Shown here: one piece after another, positions 7,273 through 13,013 of the stretch
Layout: each line of letters starts with the position of its first letter
How positions within the stretch are numbered: position 1 is the first letter of the stretch
Source of the DNA: PVC group bacterium
GTDB taxonomy: Bacteria > GCA-001730085 > JADFSZ01
Assembly (NCBI GenBank): GCA_022560555.1
Contig: JADFSZ010000028.1
Location: 1-13,013 of the forward strand
Reading direction: 5' to 3'
Length of the DNA stretch: 13,013 nt
The notes under the pieces: generated by a model
Seen by the model: the letters and a program-made list of their open reading frames with translations, nothing else
Database searches by the model: none
Told to the model about the DNA's origin: nothing
Program-made: the position numbers and the translations under genes

Positions 7273-8922
7273 ATGTTTCGAAAATATCGGCGTGTTATAT
7301 TTTTTCTTTTGTGGCTTACTCTTTTAGGAAATGGAAGTCTATATTCTCAAACGGCTGAGGATACGGTCTTAGAATACTTTACGTACTTTGTGGCGAAAAA
7401 CAAAGCGAGCATTAAGGATATGTGTCGGTTTTCGGACGCGCGTATGGAATATTTAATGGGCGAACTGGATACTTATTTTCGCGAAAATATTTATATCGGC
7501 GTTTCTCCCGTTATAACAAATGTGAGTGTTGAGAATCTGAAAGCCACCGTCTTGGTCGATGTAAAAGTTGCCTTGTATGCTGATATGAGTCTCGATGAGG
7601 ACATCGACCGACAAGAATATCAGACCGAGCATTATTTTCAGCGCATGGTATTTGATCTGGAGACTAGCAAAGAATCTTCGGATTGGGTGATCACGAATGT
7701 TTATACAAAGGAGCTTTCGTGGCCCGTACCCGCAGCTTGTGAGCGGCGTCTTGTTGAGCTGAGCCGTGAAGCCGCAAGTCAAAGTGTTATTTACCGGATT
7801 CGGACCCTGGGATACGAATACGGGGGCTTGCCGGAAATTAACAATCTTCTAGGCTTAAAGTATATATCCTTAAATGACCGGGCTCAAGCCATGATGGCCT
7901 TTCAAAAGGTTTTAGATGTTGAGCCGAATAATTATTTTGCGAACGCTTTGTTAGCTGATTTGCTTTATAAAACCGGAGATAAAGTAAATGCGGGGGGGCA
8001 TGCCCTCAGATCCCTTTTGTATTGTCCGTATCCCGAGAACCCGAATTTTCACGCTATGATCGGGTATGTTCTTATCGGTTCCGAAAATATGCGGGAAGGC
8101 TCCGTTCAATTCCGGAAATATTTAGCTCGTCAGGAACATGGGACCTATTCGAAAAACGCCCGGCAGGTTTTGGCTGAAATTGAACGCATTCAAAGTGAAT
8201 TCGGCTCCTTAGAAGTGACCATTATGGTTGATGGCCGTCCTGAAGAACGTGTGCGCAGCTATCTGTATCTGTCCGGAGGCGATGAGCTCGTTAACATTTA
8301 TACCGGAAGCCGTTTCACGGCCAATGACCTTTTTCCCGGGAATTATGACTTAAAAAGTGAAATTCGCGGGTCGATGTATTGGTTTAAAAATATTCAAATC
8401 GACAAATCCGCGCAGATCACGAAGCATGTTGATTTGATGACCGGCCGAATCCATGTGTCCGTGTTGAAGACAAAAGGTTTGCCTTTCCTAGACACCGTCA
8501 TTTATCTCATGAGATCGAACGAAGTTGTTTACATTGATAAGAGCGAGGATTATCAAACCGAGTTTATTGTACTGCCGGGCGTTTATGATATTCTCATTAA
8601 AGCCGACTCCGGGAAGGCTCAAAAAAAGTATGAACATATTGAAGTCAAAGAAGGAAAAAGAATTGATTTAAAATATAATTTTGATTACCGGAAAGTTTCG
8701 GTCTCCATCATGATGCCCGAGAGGGAATCCCTTGTTACGGGATATGTTTTTGAAAAGGATGAAACAAAGTATTTTCTTGAGAAATTTGATGGGAAAAATG
8801 CAGGTTTCTATTTACCGACCGGCCGTTATCAGCTCCTGTTAACCTACGATGACATTAAGAAATTGATTGATTTTGAGGTCGAGATTGATATAAAATGCGA
8901 CCTTCAAATTGTTTTAGATTAG
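7273..8922 (+). CDS. Secreted protein: NTF2-like N-domain, TPR repeats and three C-terminal beta-sandwich (PEGA / carboxypeptidase-regulatory-like) repeats
   Basis: The ORF track starts at GTG7243, which lies inside the terminator stem. ATG7273 gives a clean signal peptide, MFRKYRRVIFFLLWLTLLGNGSLYSQ. TPR-like stretch LGLKYISLNDRAQAMMAFQKVLDVEPNNYFANALLADLLYKTGD. There are three ~78-aa repeats, each containing [LF]P-x-G-x-Y-[DQ]-[LI]. Function unknown. Confidence 0.6.
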   Translation: MFRKYRRVIFFLLWLTLLGNGSLYSQTAEDTVLEYFTYFVAKNKASIKDMCRFSDARMEYLMGELDTYFRENIYIGVSPVITNVSVENLKATVLVDVKVALYADMSLDEDIDRQEYQTEHYFQRMVFDLETSKESSDWVITNVYTKELSWPVPAACERRLVELSREAASQSVIYRIRTLGYEYGGLPEINNLLGLKYISLNDRAQAMMAFQKVLDVEPNNYFANALLADLLYKTGDKVNAGGHALRSLLYCPYPENPNFHAMIGYVLIGSENMREGSVQFRKYLARQEHGTYSKNARQVLAEIERIQSEFGSLEVTIMVDGRPEERVRSYLYLSGGDELVNIYTGSRFTANDLFPGNYDLKSEIRGSMYWFKNIQIDKSAQITKHVDLMTGRIHVSVLKTKGLPFLDTVIYLMRSNEVVYIDKSEDYQTEFIVLPGVYDILIKADSGKAQKKYEHIEVKEGKRIDLKYNFDYRKVSVSIMMPERESLVTGYVFEKDETKYFLEKFDGKNAGFYLPTGRYQLLLTYDDIKKLIDFEVEIDIKCDLQIVLD

Positions 8923-8947
8923 GATGCTTTTAGGGAGACACGAATTT

Positions 8948-11278
8948 ATGAAGCGAAAAAATCCCTCATGGAAAAAACAGACCTATCAGCTTGCGGATGA
9001 TGGGTCGTTTATCATTCACGATTATAATTTTACGAAACCATTTTCAAGTTTTTTCCCGGGAGTGAGCGGTCTGTGGGGACGGCCTTTGTGGGCTTTTTAT
9101 GTCAACCGCGGCCAGGGGCTTGTGAGTTTTGGATCGCTTGATAAAGATCGGGCGATCATGGAGTTTTTGCCCGCGAATCAGGCGTATGAGAGGGCCGGGC
9201 TTTCGGGATTTCGGACATTTATTAAGGTGAGTAGAAAAAATAAGGAGCCTGTTTTTTATGAGCCGTTTCTGAACACGAAAGACAATCAAGATGCTCGTGT
9301 GAAAAATCAAATGCGCATAACTTCTTATGATCTTCGTATCGAAGAAATCAATATCCGCTTAGGTCTCAAAGTGACCGTGCGTTATTTTCCTTTGCCCGCC
9401 GAATCCATCGGGGCTCTCGTTCGATTGGTGAGGGTCGAAAACATTGGAAACACGGAGGTCCGGATAGATGTTCTTGACGGGATGCCCAAAGTGGTTCCCT
9501 ATGGCATGGATAATTTTTGTTTGAAGAATATTTCACGAACGATCGAGTCGATGATGAAAGTTTCGAATTATGACATGGGTGTTCCCTTTTTTCATCTAAA
9601 AACAGAACCTCAGGATCGGCCCGAAGTCGTTCAGATCAAAAGCGGGAGTTTTTATTTGACGATAAGCCGGAGCGCCTCAAAAAAGACGGCTTCGCTTGTT
9701 CGGCCGCTTGTTGATCCGGCCGTTATTTTTGGCCCGACGCGAGAGTTTTTGTACCCGCATTGTTTCTTACTGAAAACACCCTACCGGCCCGGAAAACAAA
9801 TTCTTGAAGGGCGCACTCCTTGCGCGTTCAGCCTGCTCGCTCGGACCCTTGCTCCCAAATCCGTGCTCAATTTTACTTCTTTTATCGGGCAGGCCGACCA
9901 TAAAGAGAAAGTCAATCGATTTGCAAAGAAGATATTGGCAGATCCCGCGTACGTGGATAAAAAATCAATTGAAAATCAAAGCATCATCGAGGGATTAACC
10001 AATCACACGGATACGCTGACGTCTCACAAGGCTTTCAATGCCTATGTTCGCCAAAATTATCTGGATAATGTTTTACGCGGCGGATATCCCATTCCTATTC
10101 ATACAAAAAAAGGTAAAGAAATATGGGATATTAATTTAGGAACTGTTGGCAAAGCTTCGCCGGTTTGGGCAGATAACAAAATATTCTATCCTGAGGTGAA
10201 TGGTAGATTCCGTATTTTAGAACCTGGCCAGGAAGAATGTAAGATACTGGATTCAGAAAATTTAACCATGCCAGATGGCCGTTACGCAGAGCTATATGGT
10301 TCTCCTGCAGTCGCTTATGGGCGCGTTTACTTTGCATCGGAAGAAGGGGTCTATTGTCTTGGAAATAAAAATACGAAGTTTACTTCAACATCACCCAAAA
10401 TGCCTAAAACTGAGTGGCAAGCTCCTAAAAATTCGGAAGCCGCTTATATACAAGTTGTGCCTGCAGATGTATTTTTGTATTCAGGAAATAAAAACGAATT
10501 TAAAGTAAGAGCTTACGATGATAAAAGAAGGTTTATAAAAGAGGTTGAAGCAACCTGGAGTTTGAAAGGTTTGGGAGGATCGATAAACAACAAAGGGGAA
10601 TATATGCCAGCATCAAAATCAATGGGTTTGGTAGGTTTTGTTGAAGCAACTTATAACGACTTAAAAAGTCAAGCAAGAGTTAGGTTGTTTTCGAAATTAC
10701 CATGGTCACTAGATTTCGAATCCATCGATGTGGATAAGAATCCAGCTTATTGGCTTGGCGCTGGAAGCGCTCGGTCTCCGGCGACAAAGTTTATTGTGAA
10801 AGATCTAAATGGCAATAAAGTCCTCAACAAACCAGTCTCTGTGAGAGGTCTCCAAAGAGGTATTATTTACATCGGCCCACCCGACTTGAGTAATTATACG
10901 ATGCAGGTTGACGTTATGAGTGAAAAATTAAAAAGAAAGATATCGGATATCGGTCTAATCAATAGTGGCTACACAATTGATTTAATGGGGACGAGACAAA
11001 AGATTGAAATCCGTTCATGGATGTCTGAAGTGAGAATGGCAAAAAATGTGACTTTCCGTTGGCAGCCGGACACCTGGTACACCATCAAGTTTTCAGTGGA
11101 TGCAACGGGTGATAAAGCGATGGTAAAGGCAAAGGTATGGAAGAAGAGTGATCGTGAACCCAATGAATGGACCCTAAAAGTAGAAGATCCATTACCCATT
11201 CATAAAGGCGCCCCGGGGATGCACGCTTTTTCAAAAACAAATGTATATTTTGACAACTTAAAAATTATAAATAACTAA
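8948..11278 (+). CDS. Composite ORF: 5' part of a large phosphorylase/hydrolase-like gene fused in frame (~nt 10,100) to the 3' part of a PQQ-like beta-propeller / Big_2 / LamG-like gene. It is probably not a functional native gene.
   Basis: The start is ATG8948 (AGGGAGA 9 nt upstream) or ATG8924. The N-part has FSSFFPGVSGLWGRPLWAFYVNRGQGLVSFGSLDKDRAIMEFLPANQAY...YLDNVLRGGYP, which I recall from a family of ~1,000-aa uncharacterised cellobiose-phosphorylase-like proteins (low certainty). From KGKEIWDINLG...SPVWADNKIFY...GSPAVAYGRVYFASEEGVYCLG it has terminal propeller blades. An Ig-like segment follows (~10,448-10,690), then a beta-sandwich ending YFDNLKI, typical of planctomycete PQQ-repeat proteins. 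Confidence 0.55.
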   Translation: MKRKNPSWKKQTYQLADDGSFIIHDYNFTKPFSSFFPGVSGLWGRPLWAFYVNRGQGLVSFGSLDKDRAIMEFLPANQAYERAGLSGFRTFIKVSRKNKEPVFYEPFLNTKDNQDARVKNQMRITSYDLRIEEINIRLGLKVTVRYFPLPAESIGALVRLVRVENIGNTEVRIDVLDGMPKVVPYGMDNFCLKNISRTIESMMKVSNYDMGVPFFHLKTEPQDRPEVVQIKSGSFYLTISRSASKKTASLVRPLVDPAVIFGPTREFLYPHCFLLKTPYRPGKQILEGRTPCAFSLLARTLAPKSVLNFTSFIGQADHKEKVNRFAKKILADPAYVDKKSIENQSIIEGLTNHTDTLTSHKAFNAYVRQNYLDNVLRGGYPIPIHTKKGKEIWDINLGTVGKASPVWADNKIFYPEVNGRFRILEPGQEECKILDSENLTMPDGRYAELYGSPAVAYGRVYFASEEGVYCLGNKNTKFTSTSPKMPKTEWQAPKNSEAAYIQVVPADVFLYSGNKNEFKVRAYDDKRRFIKEVEATWSLKGLGGSINNKGEYMPASKSMGLVGFVEATYNDLKSQARVRLFSKLPWSLDFESIDVDKNPAYWLGAGSARSPATKFIVKDLNGNKVLNKPVSVRGLQRGIIYIGPPDLSNYTMQVDVMSEKLKRKISDIGLINSGYTIDLMGTRQKIEIRSWMSEVRMAKNVTFRWQPDTWYTIKFSVDATGDKAMVKAKVWKKSDREPNEWTLKVEDPLPIHKGAPGMHAFSKTNVYFDNLKIINN

Positions 11279-11295
11279 AAAAAGTGAGAAGAACT

Positions 11296-12270
11296 ATGCG
11301 AATGAAGACAGCTTTAATTCTCCTCTTAACCCTCTCTGGTTTAAGTTTAATGTCCTTAACAAGATCGAAAAATAACAATATTGCTATGTTTGGTCTTACG
11401 CCTAGCAGAAATATGGCCTCAGTTGAAACTGGGGTGGCTGAAAAGTGGGATGTGGATTCAGGTCAAAACATCCTTTGGAGCGCCAGCCTCGGTTCTCAAA
11501 CTTATGCCGGGCCGGTTGTCTTTGGTGGTAAAGTGTATGTCGGAACAAACAATGAAAGTATGAAAAATCCGGATATAAAAGGTGATCACGGTAATATCCT
11601 AGCCTTCAATGCTTCGGATGGAAACTTTCTTTGGCAAGCAGCACACACAAAACTCGCGGCAGGTCCGGTGCATGATTGGCCTCTACAAGGAGTATGTTCC
11701 ACACCCGCAATTGAGGGCGACCGTATGTTTTATACATCTAACCGCGCTACCATTGTATGTATAGACACAGAAGGTTTTATGGATGGCGAGAATGATGGCC
11801 CTGTAAAAAATGAAAAACTGAATGGTAAAACAGATGCTGATATTATCTGGGAATTTGACATGATAGGTGAACTGGATGTTTTTCCCCACAATCTTGCCGC
11901 ATCATCTCCTCTTATCGTCGATGACCTGATTTACATCGTAACCGGTAATGGCGTCGATGAAGGCCATGTTAACCTGCCATCACCGTATGCGCCGAGTTTT
12001 ATTGCATTGAATAAAAAAACAGGTGAATTGGTTTGGGAAAGCAATGCCCCTGGCGAAGGTGTCGTACATGGCCAATGGGGCAATCCTTCATACGGTGTCA
12101 TCGATGGAATACCGCAAGTTTTTTTCCCAGGAGGTGATGGATTTTTGTATTCGTTCGAACCTAAGACAGGTGAACTCATTTGGAAGTTTAATTGTAATCC
12201 TCCTGGTTCTGGAGTTCCTGTAGAAGGCATTATTGATGGATCCAAAACATCTAGGTCAAAAGTAATGTAA
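11296..12270 (+). CDS. PQQ-like beta-propeller repeat protein, N-terminal ~300 aa only (3'-truncated; the last ~20 codons are unrelated sequence)
   Basis: Alternative starts are GTG11284 and ATG11302. Signal peptide MRMKTALILLLTLSGLSLMSL. Strongly family-typical blocks: FGLTPSRNM, NILWSASLGSQTYAGPVVFGGKVYVGTNNE, GNILAFNASDGNFLWQAAHTKL, HDWPLQGVCSTPAIEGDRMFYTSNR, VCIDTEGFMDGENDGP, DADIIWEFDMIGELDVFPHNLAASSPL, PSPYAPSFIALNKKTGELVWES, VHGQWGNPSYG, FFPGGDGFLYSFEPKTGELIWKFNCNP. Homology stops at ~12,200. The tail GVPVEGIIDGSKTSRSKVM is antisense of an arginase-family fragment. Confidence 0.7.
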   Translation: MRMKTALILLLTLSGLSLMSLTRSKNNNIAMFGLTPSRNMASVETGVAEKWDVDSGQNILWSASLGSQTYAGPVVFGGKVYVGTNNESMKNPDIKGDHGNILAFNASDGNFLWQAAHTKLAAGPVHDWPLQGVCSTPAIEGDRMFYTSNRATIVCIDTEGFMDGENDGPVKNEKLNGKTDADIIWEFDMIGELDVFPHNLAASSPLIVDDLIYIVTGNGVDEGHVNLPSPYAPSFIALNKKTGELVWESNAPGEGVVHGQWGNPSYGVIDGIPQVFFPGGDGFLYSFEPKTGELIWKFNCNPPGSGVPVEGIIDGSKTSRSKVM

Positions 12271-12335
12271 ACATTTTTTGATAAATTTGATATTACATTT
12301 TCTTTAAAGGTGCCTACAAAAGCAATCAGTTTCAC
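12195..12335 (-). pseudogene. Internal fragment of an arginase/agmatinase/formiminoglutamase-family (ureohydrolase) gene
   Basis: The minus-strand translation ...KENVISNLSKNVYITFDLDVLDPSIMPSTGTPEPGGL contains the family's third signature, [ST]-[LIVMFY]-D-[LIVM]-D-x3-[PAQ]-x3-P-[GSA]-x7-G, matched position for position. About 200 residues normally precede it and ~40-50 normally follow it, and both are absent. Downstream on the minus strand, the ORF-track ORF 11931..12335 is just antisense of the PQQ gene. Confidence 0.6.
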
Positions 12336-13013
12336 AGAGACAGTGCATTTTAAAGTTATTGATACACCTGATTACGAAGGCGAAGAATATCCGTCCTACT
12401 TTAAACTTCTTAAAGGTAAACTTAAAATCCCAGTTGGAAGTGAAAGACAGCTAAGATTGGCGACTGACGTTGAAGATAACTATTTTGTTCGCAAGGAAGG
12501 ACGAGGAACGATTGAGTTTCCTCAACTATCAAAAATATCATTTTTAGATTTTAAACTTGCAGATGGCTTCTTAAATATAGTGGTGAAGCACAATGGTAGC
12601 GAGGTTGAGAAAATACCAAACCTAATTATAGGTATTAGTGACGATACAGCGAATAGATTTGAGATAGAGGTTCCAGTTGAAATAATACCACCTCAACTCG
12701 ATGAAGACCTAAAATTGCCCAAGCTTATGTCAGTAGAAAAAAGTAAATGGGCTGATTTTGAACCTGAATATACAGTTGATGAAATAGCACGAATTCCAAA
12801 TTGGCAAGAACTTAAAAGAATTGAGGTGAACATAGATTCACTAGCGTTCAACGAATTGGCGCAAATGCAAGTAACCGATCGCGAAAGAGCCAAGAAAGTC
12901 CTGAGAAATCAAATGTTTTTTATTTCTATCTGGCTGTACTTTGAGTTGAAAGATTATGTTGAACACGATAACAGCGGATTTACAAGAGATCAGGTATTTA
13001 ATCGGTCTTTGAG
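12310..13013 (+). CDS. Hypothetical protein, partial (open to the window edge; 5' end probably missing)
   Basis: Frame 1 is open from the TAA at 12268-12270 to nt 13013, about 247 codons. It was not listed in the ORF track, presumably because no stop codon closes the frame within the window. The first canonical start is GTG12310 and the first ATG is only at ~12,726. No RBS is evident. Translation: ...VHFKVIDTPDYEGEEYPSYFKLLKGKLKIPVGSERQLRLATDVEDNYFVRKEGRGTIEF...NWQELKRIEVNIDSLAFNELAQMQVTDRERAKKVLRNQMFFISIWLYFELKDYVEHDNSGF... I recognise no family. Lines counted here are the most AT-rich of those sampled in the window. Confidence 0.45.
   Translation, partial: MPTKAISFTETVHFKVIDTPDYEGEEYPSYFKLLKGKLKIPVGSERQLRLATDVEDNYFVRKEGRGTIEFPQLSKISFLDFKLADGFLNIVVKHNGSEVEKIPNLIIGISDDTANRFEIEVPVEIIPPQLDEDLKLPKLMSVEKSKWADFEPEYTVDEIARIPNWQELKRIEVNIDSLAFNELAQMQVTDRERAKKVLRNQMFFISIWLYFELKDYVEHDNSGFTRDQVFNRSL

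Noticed and set aside
10105-11278. Interpreting ORF 8948-11278 as a genuine novel multidomain enzyme (phosphorylase N-domain + propeller + Big_2 + LamG)
   Set aside because: Both constituent parts are cut within folds: there is no catalytic barrel for the N-part, and only ~1.5 propeller blades for the C-part. Codon usage also changes at the joint. A truncation/fusion artefact or scar is the more economical reading.
11931-12335. 134-aa minus-strand ORF from the ORF track considered as an intact gene
   Set aside because: Only its first ~47 codons (12195-12335) carry the arginase-family signature. The remaining ~87 codons are the antisense shadow of the well-supported + strand PQQ-propeller gene. 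It is annotated as a fragment only.
209-12893. Minus-strand ORFs of 63-115 aa (209-400, 304-504, 1263-1502, 1551-1898, 2691-2936, 3530-3724, 5857-6099, 6096-6338, 7453-7782, 9044-9310, 10131-10337, 10969-11199, 11683-11889, 12693-12893) and + strand alternative-frame ORFs (1621-1830, 5354-5572, 5912-6124, 9804-9998, 10275-10508, 11381-11563, 12023-12223)
   Set aside because: All are fully nested in longer, motif-supported + strand genes. They have low-complexity or odd composition (rich in Cys, Arg, Ile, Phe), no RBS and no recognisable motifs. They are typical shadow ORFs.
1-13013. Search by eye for CRISPR arrays, tRNA/rRNA genes, long direct or inverted repeats, transposase/integrase genes, terminal inverted repeats or target-site duplications at the three breakpoints
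   Set aside because: None found. There are no spaced direct repeats and no cloverleaf-like segments in the few non-coding gaps. No sequence is shared between the junction regions (10,085-10,125; 12,190-12,215; 12,275-12,375). A computational repeat search could still reveal short repeats I missed.

Overview
All convincing genes lie on the + strand. Positions 1 to ~10,100 read as an ordinary, tightly packed chromosomal stretch from a bacterium that uses Shine-Dalgarno sites and has mid-to-low GC. In order it holds ybeY, recO, a GH35-type beta-galactosidase-like hydrolase, a secreted TPR/PDZ protein and a small HAMP-only membrane protein. These are followed by a ~620-aa beta-helix protein I recognise as DUF4954-like, thioredoxin, a hairpin terminator, a secreted TPR protein with three beta-sandwich repeats, and the first ~390 codons of a large phosphorylase/hydrolase-like protein. 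From ~10,100 to the end the window becomes a patchwork of gene fragments that abut without normal gene boundaries. (i) The phosphorylase-like ORF runs in frame into the last blades, Big_2-like domain and LamG-like domain of a planctomycete-type PQQ beta-propeller protein. (ii) A second PQQ-propeller gene has its signal peptide and N-terminal blades but is cut off at ~12,200. (iii) A ~47-codon internal fragment of an arginase/agmatinase-family gene sits on the minus strand. (iv) An AT-richer ORF that I cannot assign has no credible start and runs off the 3' edge. Codon preference and GC step down at these junctions. I saw no rRNA, tRNA, CRISPR array, transposase, integrase or recognisable defence gene. 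I cannot identify a coherent novel multi-gene system. The most unusual content is the mosaic 3' end, which is either an assembly/amplification chimera or a real rearrangement scar, together with the unassignable ORF at the edge. All family assignments are from motif recognition by eye and need HMM/BLAST confirmation.
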